Positions 39,105 through 50,357 are shown, counted from the first letter of the whole stretch. The stretch: DNA of 63,538 nt, filler included, from 7 parts of 7 records of this genome joined end to end with filler, not necessarily neighbours in it; one strand, 5' to 3'. Made by a program: numbers and translations. The notes: generated by a model not told the origin, from the letters alone.

Positions 39105-39162
39105 ATACATTTTTGATTTACAGGCTGCTGTCAAGGCTCTATTGGAAATTTCGGGAGGCGCC

Positions 39163-39783
39163 ATGTCCGCAGAAAAAATCGCAGCCACGCTCGAAACCGA
39201 TATCGTCTCCGGGATCTTCCGGCCGGGTGAGGAACTGAAACAGGGAGAGCTTGCTGCCCGCTTTTCGGTCAGTCGCATTCCCGTGCGCGACGCCCTGCAG
39301 CTGATGGCCGCCCGGGGCCTGATCGACCTTGAGCGCAATCGACGGGCTCGAGTGATCAGTCTTACCCACGCGGAGATTGATGAGGTCTACCATCTGCGCG
39401 TGCTTCTGGAGACCGATTGCCTGCGGCAATCAATCCGGCGGCTGGAAGCAGACGATCTTGCGAAGATTGGAGCAGCCCTTGCCCACTCCAGCATCGACGC
39501 GGCAACCGACCGGTGGGCCGACGGCGACTGGGCCTTTCACAAGAGCCTTTACATGCCTGCAAGACGCCCAAGAGAGCTGGCAATGATCGAGGATCTTCGA
39601 CGGACCTGCCGCATTCATATTGCCGGCTACGGCGTCCTGCCGACACTCACCGACAGGTGGCTGAAGGACCATGAAGACCTGGTGGCAGCGATGAAATCAC
39701 GCGCGGGGGACCAGGCGGCAGACATTCTGGCCCGCCATATCGCGGACGCGCGACAGACATTGCTGGACGCAATGCCCGGCTGA
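39163..39783 (+). CDS. GntR-family regulator (FCD domain)
   Basis: wHTH ELAARFSVSRIPVRDAL; FCD motifs DWAFH and DHEDLV. Confidence 0.92.
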   Translation: MSAEKIAATLETDIVSGIFRPGEELKQGELAARFSVSRIPVRDALQLMAARGLIDLERNRRARVISLTHAEIDEVYHLRVLLETDCLRQSIRRLEADDLAKIGAALAHSSIDAATDRWADGDWAFHKSLYMPARRPRELAMIEDLRRTCRIHIAGYGVLPTLTDRWLKDHEDLVAAMKSRAGDQAADILARHIADARQTLLDAMPG

Positions 39784-39806
39784 ACCTTCAGAGTGCCAGC
39801 CGAGCC

Positions 39807-41387
39807 TCAAAAAAGCATGTAGGTCGCCACGACCGCACAGGCGGCAATGACCCACAAGGCAGCCCGCCCCGAGCGGGTGTGACGTGCCTCTGCACGACCA
39901 ATTGCTTCTGCGGTCTCGTCGTCGAACCTGAGGCCGCCCTGTGTCATCCTTTCCAGCTCTTCCGACATCCGACCGATCCTGTCGGCAAAGAGCGGCATGT
40001 CGTTGGCAATGCGCGCCAGTGCCGACAGCGCATCACCGGCATCACGCAGTTTGCCGACCGGGCCAAGGTTGTCCTTGATCCAGGTGCCGACAACGGGTTC
40101 AGCCGTCCGCCACATGTCCAGATTGGGATTGAGCGAACGCGCCACGCCTTCGACCACGACCATGGTCTTCTGCAACATGATCAGCTGGGTCTGGGTGCTC
40201 ATCTCGAAGAGTTCCGTCACTTCAAACAGCTGGGTCAGCAGGCGGGCCATGGAGATTTCGCTGGCATCGTGACCGTGGATCGGCTCGCCGATGGCACGGA
40301 TCGCCTGGGCGAACATGTCGACATCCTGATGCGCGGGCACATAGCCGGCCTCGAAATGCACCTCCGCCACCCGTCGGTAGTTGCGGGTGATGAAGCCGAA
40401 CAGGATTTCTGCCAGGAACCGGCGTTCGCGCTTGTTGAGACGGCCGATGATGCCGAAGTCGACGGCAACCAGGGTGCCGTCGGGCTCAACGAAGAGATTG
40501 CCCTGGTGCATGTCTGCATGAAAGAAGCCGTCGCGCAGTGTGTGGCGCAGGAAGCTCTGGATGACGGCAGCCCCCAGCGCTTCCAGGTCATGGCCATCTT
40601 CCTTGAGACCCTCGACGTCCGACATCTTGCGGCCGTCGATCCATTCCATGGTCAACACGCCCTTGGCGGTGCGCAGCCACTCGACAGCCGGAACGCGGAA
40701 CCCCGGATCGTCAGCGGTGTTCTCGGCCATTTCCGACAGGGCCGCGGCCTCCAGACGGAAGTCCATTTCCATCGCGACCGACTGGGCCAGCGTGTCCACG
40801 ACCGCAACCGGCCGAAGGCGCCGCGAGGGCGGATGGAACCGTTCGGCCAGGCGGGCGACGAGGTAGTAGCTTTCGAGATCGCGCTGGAAGCGGCGGGAAA
40901 CGCCCGGCCGCAGCACCTTGACCGCAACCTTTCGCTCCGTGCCGTCCTGATCGAGGATCACGGCCGGATGAACCTGGGCAATCGAGGCAGCGGCAACGGC
41001 TTCGCCGAAGGACACGAAGACCTCATCGAGCGGCTTGCCAAGCTGCTCGGCTACCGCGGCGCAGGCCGCATCATGATCGAACGCCGGCAACCGGTCCTGA
41101 AGGGCTGACAGTTCGCGTGCGGCTTCCTTGCCGACCACATCGGCCCGGGTCGCCAGGAACTGGCCAAGCTTCACATAGGACGGCCCAAGCTTGTTCAGCG
41201 CGTCGGACAGGCGAAGGTCTGCCCGCTTGTTGCGAACCGACCGACGCTCCAGAAGCCGCGCCATGGCAATGGCAAACCGAGGCCCGGCCGGCAGGTCCGG
41301 AAGCGAAACGAGGCCGAAAACGCCCTCGCGCGCCATCACGAAACCCGCCCGCGCCAGGCGGAGAAAAGGCATCACGGGAAGGGCCAT
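39807..41387 (-). CDS. ubiB: Ubiquinone biosynthesis kinase-like protein UbiB
   Basis: LGPSYVKLGQ, AAASIAQVH, VAVKVLRP, FFHADMHQGN and DFG motifs; downstream of ubiE. Confidence 0.95.
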   Translation of the reverse strand: MALPVMPFLRLARAGFVMAREGVFGLVSLPDLPAGPRFAIAMARLLERRSVRNKRADLRLSDALNKLGPSYVKLGQFLATRADVVGKEAARELSALQDRLPAFDHDAACAAVAEQLGKPLDEVFVSFGEAVAAASIAQVHPAVILDQDGTERKVAVKVLRPGVSRRFQRDLESYYLVARLAERFHPPSRRLRPVAVVDTLAQSVAMEMDFRLEAAALSEMAENTADDPGFRVPAVEWLRTAKGVLTMEWIDGRKMSDVEGLKEDGHDLEALGAAVIQSFLRHTLRDGFFHADMHQGNLFVEPDGTLVAVDFGIIGRLNKRERRFLAEILFGFITRNYRRVAEVHFEAGYVPAHQDVDMFAQAIRAIGEPIHGHDASEISMARLLTQLFEVTELFEMSTQTQLIMLQKTMVVVEGVARSLNPNLDMWRTAEPVVGTWIKDNLGPVGKLRDAGDALSALARIANDMPLFADRIGRMSEELERMTQGGLRFDDETAEAIGRAEARHTRSGRAALWVIAACAVVATYMLF

Positions 41388-41390
41388 GTA

Positions 41391-42194
41391 TCAGAGTTTC
41401 CAGCCGTAATGCAGGGCGGCGATACCGCCGGAGTAGTTGCGGTAGCCGACACGCTCGAACCCGGCTTCGCGGATCATGTCCGCAAAACGTTCCTGGTTCG
41501 GGAAATTGCGGATCGATTCCACCAGATACTTGTAAGGGTCACCGTCCCCTGTCACCCAGCGGCCCATGGCCGGGATCGCGTTGAAGGAAAAGGTGTCATA
41601 GACCTTGTCAAGCATCGGCACGTCGACTTCGGAGAACTCCAGACACATGAAGCGGCCACCCCGCTTCAGGACCCTGCGCGCTTCCCGCAGTGCCTTGGGA
41701 ATATCCGGGACGTTGCGGATGCCGAATGCGATCGTATAGGCATCGAAACTCTTGTCGGGAAACGGCAGCTCCTCGGCATTGCCCTGGCTGAAGGTGATGA
41801 GATCCGACAGACCGGCCTTTTCGGCCCGGTCGCGGCCGACGCCGAGCATGCTTTCGTTGATGTCGCACACCACGGCACGGGCCGTGTCGTTGGACCGGCG
41901 AACCACGCGGGTGGCGATGTCGCCGGTGCCGCCGGCCACATCCAGCAGCCGCCAGTTGGAGCTTGCGGTCTTGGGCGGTGCCAGGAACGAGACCATGGCA
42001 TCCTTCCAGACCCGGTGAAGGCCGCCGGACATGAGGTCGTTCATGAGGTCGTAGCGCTCGGCAACCTTGTGAAACACATCGTCCACCAGCGCCTGCTTTT
42101 GTCCTTCGGCAACCTTGGTAAAGCCGAAACTGGTCGGCATTTCTTCCGGTGCGCGGTTCGACCTGGCCGAATGCCCCTGTGCCTGTTGCGTCAT
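41391..42194 (-). CDS. ubiE: Ubiquinone/menaquinone C-methyltransferase UbiE
   Basis: [26 protein letters not shown] and AFGIRNV motifs. Confidence 0.96.
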   Translation of the reverse strand: MTQQAQGHSARSNRAPEEMPTSFGFTKVAEGQKQALVDDVFHKVAERYDLMNDLMSGGLHRVWKDAMVSFLAPPKTASSNWRLLDVAGGTGDIATRVVRRSNDTARAVVCDINESMLGVGRDRAEKAGLSDLITFSQGNAEELPFPDKSFDAYTIAFGIRNVPDIPKALREARRVLKRGGRFMCLEFSEVDVPMLDKVYDTFSFNAIPAMGRWVTGDGDPYKYLVESIRNFPNQERFADMIREAGFERVGYRNYSGGIAALHYGWKL

Positions 42195-42435
42195 GAAAGC
42201 GCCTCCAAGATCACCCCGCGCCGCGACAAGACTGCCGGGCGGCGGCGGGTTCGATCACTTCTTACCCGTTGGACAAGCCACCTGTTGAAAGAGCTGGCGG
42301 ATTGCCGTTTCGAAACTATCTTCAAAGTGCGCCGGACCATAGTACAAGCCATTGGCGAGCGCTATCTGTGCCGGCCACCAAAAACCATATGCCGCAGGCC
42401 TATAGCCTGCCATGACAGCGGATACCAGACCTCTC

Positions 42436-43329
42436 ATGCCCGAACTCCCGGAAGTCGAAACCGTCAAGCGCGGCCTAGCCCCCACTTTCGAAGGGGCTCT
42501 GATTGCCAAGGTCGACCAGAACCGGCCGGACCTGCGCTTTCCTTTTCCTGACGGTTTCGCCGATCGATTGACCGGACGAAGGCTGACCGTGCTTTCGCGC
42601 CGGTCGAAATACCTGTTGGGCGATGTCGACAGCGGCGATGTGCTGGTCATGCACCTTGGCATGTCTGGATCGTTCCGGATCGAAAACGATCTTTCCGCGG
42701 ATACGCCGGGCGCCTTTGTCCATGCGCGCAGCAAGGACCCGAAACACGACCACGTCGTCTTCCATCTGGAGACCGTTGACGGCGGGCGAGCCCGGATCGT
42801 CTACAACGACCCGCGCCGGTTCGGCTTCATGGATCTCATTGCCCGTCCCGTGCTCGCAGACCATCCCTTTTTCCGTGAGCTCGGCCTGGAGCCTCTCGGC
42901 AACGATCTGGGCGGCGAAACACTGGCGCGGCTTTTCAATGGCCGGAAGACGCCGCTGAAGGCGGCCCTGCTCAACCAGAAACTGATTGCGGGCCTTGGCA
43001 ACATATATGTGTGCGAAGCGCTCTGGCGCACCGGGCTCAGCCCGGAACGGGCTGCCGGCACGCTGGTGACGAAAACAGGCAAGCCGACAAAAAAGGCGGA
43101 AGAACTGGCCGCCAATATCCGCGCCACCCTGGAAGACGCCATCCGGGCGGGCGGGTCCTCGCTGCGCGATCACACCCAGGCAGACGGCACACTTGGCTAC
43201 TTTCAGCACTCGTTTGCCGTCTACGACCGCGAAGGCCAAGCCTGCCGGACACCAGGCTGCAAGGGCACCGTCGCCCGGCTGGTCCAGTCCAACCGGTCAA
43301 CCTTCCACTGCCCGGCCTGCCAGAGCTGA
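42436..43329 (+). CDS. mutM: Formamidopyrimidine-DNA glycosylase
   Basis: MPELPEVE N-terminus, HLGMSG, GLGNIY and a C-terminal zinc finger. Confidence 0.97.
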   Translation: MPELPEVETVKRGLAPTFEGALIAKVDQNRPDLRFPFPDGFADRLTGRRLTVLSRRSKYLLGDVDSGDVLVMHLGMSGSFRIENDLSADTPGAFVHARSKDPKHDHVVFHLETVDGGRARIVYNDPRRFGFMDLIARPVLADHPFFRELGLEPLGNDLGGETLARLFNGRKTPLKAALLNQKLIAGLGNIYVCEALWRTGLSPERAAGTLVTKTGKPTKKAEELAANIRATLEDAIRAGGSSLRDHTQADGTLGYFQHSFAVYDREGQACRTPGCKGTVARLVQSNRSTFHCPACQS

Positions 43330-43484
43330 CTTGTCCTATCGGTCAAGCTTGCCAGACCCGCCCGACCTCGGGTAGGCATTGCCGGTGAAGTACACGTCCA
43401 GGAAACCGCAGGCACCAGGAGCCGGGCTCGAGAAAGACCTGGTCATCCGGCCCGGCGCGGTTTCCAGCACTGGGAGCGGGCAAC

Positions 43485-44258
43485 ATGGGATATGAGAACA
43501 TCCGCGTCGAAAAACGCGGAAAAGTCGGTCTGATCACTCTGGATCGGCCGAAAGCCTTGAATGCACTCAATTCGGCCCTGGTTGCCGAACTCGGCACGGC
43601 GCTTGACGGGTTCGATGCGGACGAGCGGATCGGCTGTATCGTCATCACCGGCTCGGAAAAGGCCTTTGCCGCCGGTGCCGACATCAAGGAAATGCAGCCG
43701 CACAATTTTTCGTCCGCCTATCAGACGGACCTGATCACGCCCTTCGACCGGGTTTCGCGCAACCGCAAGCCGATCATCGCCGCCGTGGCGGGTTATGCGC
43801 TTGGCGGCGGCTGCGAGCTGGCCATGCTGTGCGACTTCATCATTGCCGCGGACACGGCCAAGTTCGGCCAGCCGGAAATCACGCTCGGCGTTATTCCGGG
43901 CGCTGGCGGCACTCAGCGTCTGACGCGGTTCGTCGGCAAGTCCAAAGCCATGGAAATGGTCCTGACCGGCCGCATGATGGACGCTGAAGAAGCCGAGCGC
44001 AGCGGTCTCGTCAGCCGTATCGTTCCGGCGGATGACTTGCTTGAAGAGGCGCTGAAAGCGGCTGAAAAGATCGCCGATTTCTCTCTGCCTGTCGTCATGA
44101 TGGCCAAGGAAAGTGTCGACCGGGCCTATGAAACCACCCTGTCGGAAGGCGTCCGCTTCGAACGGCGCGTGTTCCAGGCCCTGTTCGCCCTGGAAGACCA
44201 GAACGAAGGCATGAGCGCCTTCACCGAGAAACGTACGCCGCAGTTCCGGAACAAATAA
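43485..44258 (+). CDS. Enoyl-CoA hydratase
   Basis: [20 protein letters not shown] and FGQPEITLG motifs. Confidence 0.95.
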   Translation: MGYENIRVEKRGKVGLITLDRPKALNALNSALVAELGTALDGFDADERIGCIVITGSEKAFAAGADIKEMQPHNFSSAYQTDLITPFDRVSRNRKPIIAAVAGYALGGGCELAMLCDFIIAADTAKFGQPEITLGVIPGAGGTQRLTRFVGKSKAMEMVLTGRMMDAEEAERSGLVSRIVPADDLLEEALKAAEKIADFSLPVVMMAKESVDRAYETTLSEGVRFERRVFQALFALEDQNEGMSAFTEKRTPQFRNK

Positions 44259-44283
44259 ACTACGGCGTTCAACGATAAAGCCG

Positions 44284-44312
44284 TTGACGGCGTCCGAAAG
44301 CGCGATTATAAG
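44284..44312 (+). promoter_or_regulatory. Sigma-70 promoter of rpsT
   Basis: TTGACG-N17-TATAAG. Confidence 0.75.
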
Positions 44313-44433
44313 CAGCGCCCAATCGGTGGCGGTTTTCCGCCGCCGTTGTTTTTTGATCGGGTCTTGCAGCTTTGGCTCCCTTGTCCCGATCGCCACCGGA
44401 CACTAGTCCCAATTACCGATCAGGATAGAGCCC

Positions 44434-44700
44434 ATGGCCAACACACCATCGGCCAAGAAGGCGGCCCGCAAGATTGCCCGCCGGACGGCCACGAACAAAG
44501 ACCGTCGCAGCCGCGTGCGCACGTTCCTGCGCAAGGTTGAGGAAGCAATTGCTTCCGGCGATCAGGCCGCTGCAAACGAAGCCTTCAAGGTTGCGCAGCC
44601 GGAAATCATGCGCGCTGCCGGCAAAGGCACGATGCATGCCAACACGGCCTCCCGGAAGGTTTCCCGCCTCAATGCCCGTATCAAGGCACTCAGCGCGTAA
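44434..44700 (+). CDS. rpsT: 30S ribosomal protein S20
   Basis: [13 protein letters not shown]...[12 protein letters not shown]. Confidence 0.97.
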   Translation: MANTPSAKKAARKIARRTATNKDRRSRVRTFLRKVEEAIASGDQAAANEAFKVAQPEIMRAAGKGTMHANTASRKVSRLNARIKALSA

Positions 44701-44721
44701 CCGACCCGTCATACGACCGTT

Positions 44722-44754
44722 AAAAAGACCCGGCCACAGTGCCGGGTTTTTTTT
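44722..44754 (+). terminator. Intrinsic terminator after rpsT
   Basis: ACCCGGC-CACAGT-GCCGGGT followed by a T-run. Confidence 0.88.
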
Positions 44755-45344
44755 AGCCGCGCAATTTTGTGGATGACGAAATTTGACAACTCATACGCGC
44801 AATATTGCAATTTCTACCGAGTATAATAGTGTCAGGAAAAACGTTTATTTTTCAGATATTTACGTACATGTACCATCGAGAGAAGGCGATCAATCCGGAT
44901 TCGATACGAGTCAAGCTATCAGTTCCGAAATTTTTTTTGAAATTGTTGTTTTTGAAATGTGACAGGGCGCTTCAGAGCGAAAAGTCATTGCGGTAAAACA
45001 CATTTGCTCGCTCGCCAGCAGGGGCCAAAAACACAGTGACGCGGGGGGAGAAACCGGCACTTTCCGCCATTCGCAAAAACCCGCTGTTGCCCCTTCGGTC
45101 GCGGTCTGTATATTAACAATACGGCTGGCGGGTAAGACCAGCGACCAACTTAAAAACGGTGCTTGGAAAACAATGAAAAAGTTAAACCGGACCATCGCTG
45201 AGCACATCAAATCCAGTTCACGGCATGAATACGTTAGCGTATTCGAACACTCAGGCATTTAGCCTGAAGTAACCTACTTCTTTCTCAAGAAAATCTTGAA
45301 GAGTACTTTTGATCAATAGCGTCACGCTATTGAAGGGGGCGGCT

Positions 45345-45785
45345 TTGCAATTTCAGGGTGGATATGCAGGAAATGTGACTGCGCAGGAGGCCTTTGACGG
45401 CCTTGCCGAGCAGCAGGAAGCAACTCTTATCGACGTGCGCACACAGGCCGAATGGTCCTTTGTCGGGGTGCCGGACCTTCGTCCGCTCGGCAAGGAGCCG
45501 ATCCTGGCCGAATGGCAGAGCTTTCCGTCGACCGGACCCAATCCGGCATTCGCGGAATCGGTTTCTGATGTTCTCGTCAAAAAAGGACTTGACCGGAACG
45601 CGCCAATCTATTTCTTGTGCCGCTCCGGAGCACGGAGCCAGGCAGCTGCGATCGCCCTGACGCAGGCCGGCTTTACGCAGTGCTTCAATATCTCCGATGG
45701 TTTCGAGGGCCCACTCGGCCCGGATGGCCACCGTGGGACCCAGTCCGGCTGGAAGGCCGCCGGATTGCCCTGGATTCAAAGTTAG
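45345..45785 (+). CDS. Single-domain rhodanese-like protein
   Basis: LIDVRTQAEW, active-site loop CRSGARS, GFEG and GWKAAGLPW; TTG start after GAAGGGGG. Confidence 0.9.
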   Translation: MQFQGGYAGNVTAQEAFDGLAEQQEATLIDVRTQAEWSFVGVPDLRPLGKEPILAEWQSFPSTGPNPAFAESVSDVLVKKGLDRNAPIYFLCRSGARSQAAAIALTQAGFTQCFNISDGFEGPLGPDGHRGTQSGWKAAGLPWIQS

Positions 45786-45939
45786 TTACCCTGCCCATCG
45801 ACAGGGTCAGGTGAAGGGAGATTTTCCTTCGCCATATAAATAACCGTCCCAAAAGGGACATTATAATGCTGCAAAAGCAGCAAGGCGTCGAAGAACGGCT
45901 GTGGCGGACTGTTCTTCACATTTATAGGAGGCAGATAAC

Positions 45940-47415
45940 ATGCAGGTTCAGGAGGCAGGCGGCTCCGAACAGTGGAAACGGGTGAAGAAACAGCTTCGCG
46001 CAGAATTGGGCGATGATGTTTTTACCAGCTGGTTTGCACGTGTAGACCTCGAGGAACATCAGGACGGCACCGTTCGTCTGTCTGTTCCGACCCGGTTTTT
46101 GAAGCAGTGGATTCAGAACAACTACAACGATCAGCTGATGGGTCTCTGGCAGCGTGAATGTGACAACGTTCACCGCATCGAACTGACGGTACGCGGCGCA
46201 ATCCGCCCACGTCAGACCCCGATTGCCAAGCCGAGCCTCGCAGCACCCCAGGGCAGCAAGCCGGCGACTGCAGAAACCCGTTCCGACGCACTTTCCGACG
46301 CGGCACAGGTAACCCGGGCCCAGGCGGCAACCGCGGCTCTCGGCCGAGGCGAGACCAGCTCGGACAACGCTCGTGACGTACTGCAAGGTGCGGCGCTCGA
46401 TCCGAAATACACATTCGAGACCTTTGTCGAAGGCGAGTCCAACAATCTGGCCCTGGCTGCGGCCCGGCAGGTTGCGGCCGGCGGCGCGGTCACATTCAAT
46501 CCGCTTTACCTGCATGCCTCCGTCGGTCTGGGCAAGACCCACCTGATGCAGGCCGTGGCCGCAAAGGCCCGGGCGTCCGGTCGCAAGGTGCTCTACCTGA
46601 CGGCCGAGCACTTCATGTACAAATTCGTTGCCGCCCTGAAGTCCCAGTCCGCACTGGCCTTCAAGGAGAACCTGCGCACGATCGATCTTCTGCTGATCGA
46701 CGACATGCAGTTCCTGCACGGCAAGCAGGTGCAGCAGGAGTTCTGCCACACCCTCAACGCCCTCATCGACGGGGCTCGCCAGGTGATCGTGGCCGCAGAC
46801 CGCGCACCGTCCGAACTTGATACTCTCGACGACCGTGTCCGCTCACGCCTGTCCGGCGGTCTGGTGGTCGGCATTCAGGAACCGGATTTCGCACTGCGCC
46901 GGAACATCCTGGCCACGCGCGTCGATACGGCCCGCAAGACCTACCCGCAATTCGACGTTCCGGAAGGTGTGCTGGATTATGTCGCGCGTCATGTTGCCTC
47001 CTCCGGCCGCGACCTTGAAGGCGCGCTCAACCGGCTGATCGCGCACAACCAGCTGACCAACCAGCCGATCACGCAGGAAATGGCCGAGATGACCCTGCGC
47101 GACCTGGTTCGCTCCAGCGAGCCGCGCCGGGTGAAGATCGAGGACATCCAGCGGGTGGTCTCCAAGCATTACAATGTCACCAAGGCGGATCTGCTGTCGG
47201 CCCGGCGTACCCGGACCATCGTTCGCCCGCGCCAGATCGCCATGTATCTTGCCAAGGTGATGACACCGCGCTCGCTGCCGGAAATCGGTCGCCGGTTCGG
47301 CAACCGGGACCACACAACGGTTCTGCACGCTGTCCGCAAGATCGAGGAAATGGCGCGTGCCGACTATGCCCTGGCGCAGGAGCTGGAACTGCTCAAGCGC
47401 ATGCTTGACGCCTGA
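45940..47415 (+). CDS. dnaA: Chromosomal replication initiator DnaA
   Basis: [23 protein letters not shown] and [13 protein letters not shown] motifs. Confidence 0.98.
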   Translation: MQVQEAGGSEQWKRVKKQLRAELGDDVFTSWFARVDLEEHQDGTVRLSVPTRFLKQWIQNNYNDQLMGLWQRECDNVHRIELTVRGAIRPRQTPIAKPSLAAPQGSKPATAETRSDALSDAAQVTRAQAATAALGRGETSSDNARDVLQGAALDPKYTFETFVEGESNNLALAAARQVAAGGAVTFNPLYLHASVGLGKTHLMQAVAAKARASGRKVLYLTAEHFMYKFVAALKSQSALAFKENLRTIDLLLIDDMQFLHGKQVQQEFCHTLNALIDGARQVIVAADRAPSELDTLDDRVRSRLSGGLVVGIQEPDFALRRNILATRVDTARKTYPQFDVPEGVLDYVARHVASSGRDLEGALNRLIAHNQLTNQPITQEMAEMTLRDLVRSSEPRRVKIEDIQRVVSKHYNVTKADLLSARRTRTIVRPRQIAMYLAKVMTPRSLPEIGRRFGNRDHTTVLHAVRKIEEMARADYALAQELELLKRMLDA

Positions 47416-47675
47416 GGCGGCAAACTTCGGAAACGGGCCTTTTGCGGATGTCTGCCTGAATTCAAACGGGCATCCGCCAGCCTGATCCCGGATCGTGCTA
47501 AACCAAGGTTAAAATACACGATATTCTACCAAAATTGGGGGCGTTCGGGCAGAACGCCCCCTTGCTTTTGGAGCCGGTTAAGGGCAGTGTCGTCCACCCC
47601 GCTCCACACCGGAGCCAAGAATATTCAATCAGCCCGGCAGTTCAGCCAGGCGCTTCATGAGTACGGAACGAGAGT

Positions 47676-48794
47676 ATGAAAGCGACCCTCGAGCGGACCG
47701 ACCTCCTCAAGTCCTTGACCCATGTTCACCGCGTGGTCGAACGCCGGAATACCATTCCGATCCTGTCGAACGTTCTTCTGCGCGCCGATGGCGGCGCGAT
47801 CAACCTGAAGGCTACGGACCTCGATCTGGAAATCGTCGAAAGCGTTCCGGCCATGATTGAATTGCCGGGCGCGACCACGGTTCCGGCACACATGTTCTAC
47901 GACATCGTTCGCAAGCTGCCGGAAGGCTCGCAGGTGGTTCTGGAAACCACAAGCGACAACGCCACGCTGGAAATCCGCGCCGGTCGCTCGAAGTTCACCC
48001 TGCAGATGCTGCCGGAAACCGACTTCCCCGACCTGACCGCGGGCGACTTCAGTCACGGTTTCGCACTGACCGGCGCCGATATCCGCAAGCTGATCGACGC
48101 GACCCAGTTCGCGATTTCGACCGAAGAGACCCGTTACTATCTGAACGGTATCTACCTGCACACGGTAGACGCGGGCTCCGGTCTCCAGTTCCGCGCTGTT
48201 GCCACAGATGGCCACCGTCTGGCCCAGGCAGAAGTGCCGGCGCCTTCCGGTTCGGCCGGCATGCCGGGCATCATCGTGCCACGCAAGACCGTTGGCGAGA
48301 TCCAGAAACTGCTCGAGAACCCGGAAGCCAATGTCCAGGTCGAGCTTTCCGATACCAAGATCCGCCTCACGACCGGCTCCGTCATCCTGACGTCCAAGCT
48401 GATTGACGGCACCTTCCCGGACTACGGCCGGGTGATCCCGCAGAACAACGACAAGGAAATGCGCGTCGACCGGGACGAGTTCAAGGAAGCTGTCGACCGC
48501 GTGTCGACGATCTCCTCAGAACGCGGCCGTGCCGTCAAGCTGTCGCTGACCGAAGGTCGCCTGGTGCTGACCGTGAACAACCCGGATTCGGGCAGCGCGA
48601 CGGAAGAACTTGCCGTCGAATATGATGCCGATCCGTTGGAAATCGGCTTCAACTCCCGCTACCTGCTCGACATTGCCAACCAGCTGTCGAGCGATACGGC
48701 CCTGTTCCGTCTGGCGGACAGCGGCTCGCCGACCCTCATTCAGGACAACACGGTCGATGACTGCCTGTTCGTTCTCATGCCGATGCGGGTCTGA
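47676..48794 (+). CDS. dnaN: DNA polymerase III beta sliding clamp
   Basis: TIPILSNV, ATDGHRLA, IGFNSRYL and VLMPMRV motifs. Confidence 0.98.
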   Translation: MKATLERTDLLKSLTHVHRVVERRNTIPILSNVLLRADGGAINLKATDLDLEIVESVPAMIELPGATTVPAHMFYDIVRKLPEGSQVVLETTSDNATLEIRAGRSKFTLQMLPETDFPDLTAGDFSHGFALTGADIRKLIDATQFAISTEETRYYLNGIYLHTVDAGSGLQFRAVATDGHRLAQAEVPAPSGSAGMPGIIVPRKTVGEIQKLLENPEANVQVELSDTKIRLTTGSVILTSKLIDGTFPDYGRVIPQNNDKEMRVDRDEFKEAVDRVSTISSERGRAVKLSLTEGRLVLTVNNPDSGSATEELAVEYDADPLEIGFNSRYLLDIANQLSSDTALFRLADSGSPTLIQDNTVDDCLFVLMPMRV

Positions 48795-48832
48795 TCTAGC
48801 CGGCACGCCCAAACAGTAGCGGAAGTGGGGTC

Positions 48833-49981
48833 ATGACAGATTACCGGACGGCGCGGCTAACCCGTCTGTCGCTGACCGGCTTCCGCAACTACAGCACGCT
48901 GACATTGCCGATGGCGGCCAGGATGGTCGCCTTCGTCGGCCCCAATGGCGCCGGCAAGACCAATATTCTGGAAGCCATATCCTTTCTGACTGCCGGTCGC
49001 GGCCTGCGCCGGGCGGCCCTTGCCGACATTGCGCGCAAGGACGGCGATGGCAGCTGGAGTGTTGCCGCAACAGTTCTCTTGGATGGGTTCGAGACGAAAA
49101 TCGGCACAGGCTTGGTGGCCGGCACCTCCGGGCGCAAGGTGCGTATTGACGGCGAGGAAGTTCGCGGCTCGGAAAGTCTTCTGGACTACATGCGGGTGCT
49201 CTGGCTCGTGCCGTCGATGGACGGACTGTTCACCGGCCCCGGCTCCGACCGTCGCCGTTTTCTTGACCGGCTGACGCTGGCGATCGACCCGACCCACGGC
49301 CGCCGGGTCAGCGACTTCGAAAACGCCCTTCGTCAACGCAACCGCCTTCTCGATCAGGGCGGCTCCGATGCCTTTCTCAGCGCGCTTGAACAGCAGGTCG
49401 CCGAACTCGGCACCGCCGTCTCCATCGCCAGGGCAGAGACCGTCGACCTGCTCAGCCGGATGATTGCCGGCCAGGCAGCCCAGGACCTGCCGTTTCCCCA
49501 TGCTTCGGTTTCCCTTGACGGTGCCTTCGAGGCGGAAACCGCCGGTTTGAGCGCCTCCGACCGGGAGGATCGCTACCGCCAGATGCTGCAGGATGGCCGA
49601 CACCGCGACCGGGCCGCCGGGCGCACGCTCAACGGACCGCATCTGAGCGATCTCACCGTTCATCACGCCGCCAAGGCCATGCCGGCGTCGCAATCCTCGA
49701 CCGGGGAACAGAAAGCGCTGCTGATAGGCCTTATCCTGGCCCATGCCGAGCTGACGGCGAAAGTCTCCGGAATGACGCCTGTCCTGCTGCTTGATGAAGT
49801 CGCCGCGCATCTCGATCCCGACCGTCGTTCGGCCCTGTTTTCGAAGCTGGATTCCCTTGGTGGACAGGTCTTCATGACCGGTACGGACGAGGCCCTTTTC
49901 GAGGCTTTGCCGGCGGATGCCGAAGTGTTTGAGATCCGGGAGCAGCAGGGCCGCCTGCTGAAGCGAGGCGAAGCCCCTTAA
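48833..49981 (+). CDS. recF: DNA replication/repair protein RecF
   Basis: FRNY, GPNGAGKTNILEAI, STGEQK and LLLDEVAAHLD motifs. Confidence 0.97.
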   Translation: MTDYRTARLTRLSLTGFRNYSTLTLPMAARMVAFVGPNGAGKTNILEAISFLTAGRGLRRAALADIARKDGDGSWSVAATVLLDGFETKIGTGLVAGTSGRKVRIDGEEVRGSESLLDYMRVLWLVPSMDGLFTGPGSDRRRFLDRLTLAIDPTHGRRVSDFENALRQRNRLLDQGGSDAFLSALEQQVAELGTAVSIARAETVDLLSRMIAGQAAQDLPFPHASVSLDGAFEAETAGLSASDREDRYRQMLQDGRHRDRAAGRTLNGPHLSDLTVHHAAKAMPASQSSTGEQKALLIGLILAHAELTAKVSGMTPVLLLDEVAAHLDPDRRSALFSKLDSLGGQVFMTGTDEALFEALPADAEVFEIREQQGRLLKRGEAP

Positions 49982-50113
49982 ATCCGCCGGAATCTTATGG
50001 TTTTCCACCAGAATCCCTTCGCTGGCTTGGCTATGGCCGGCACGTGGTTGAACCCCCGCCGGAACCCCGTATAACGGGGGTGGAAAAGATAAATCGATTG
50101 GTGATTGATTCGC

Positions 50114-50257
50114 ATGAGCGACACGTCCACGCCTGAGAGCAGCCCGACCCCCGAAACCAATGGCGGTGCCGAATATGGCGCCGACAGCATCAAGGTCCTC
50201 AAGGGCCTCGATGCCGTGCGCAAGCGGCCCGGCATGTATATCGGCGACACCGATGAC
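50114..50257 (+). CDS. gyrB: DNA gyrase subunit B, N-terminal fragment
   Basis: [28 protein letters not shown]; directly follows recF. Confidence 0.95.
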
Positions 50258-50357
50258 NNNNNNNNNNNNNNNNNNNNNNNNNNNNNNNNNNNNNNNNNNN
50301 NTTAATTAATTAANNNNNNNNNNNNNNNNNNNNNNNNNNNNNNNNNNNNNNNNNNNN
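50258..50357. other. Artificial contig spacer
   Basis: 44 N + TTAATTAATTAA + 44 N. Confidence 0.98.

Noticed and set aside
44911..45258. 115-aa minus-strand ORF in the rpsT-rhodanese gap
   Set aside because: No RBS, atypical codon usage and no recognisable domain
44755..45344. Replication origin (oriC) next to dnaA
   Set aside because: Only one DnaA-box-like 9-mer was seen, with no box cluster; in many alphaproteobacteria oriC lies near hemE rather than dnaA. GC-skew or Ori-Finder analysis of the full chromosome would be needed
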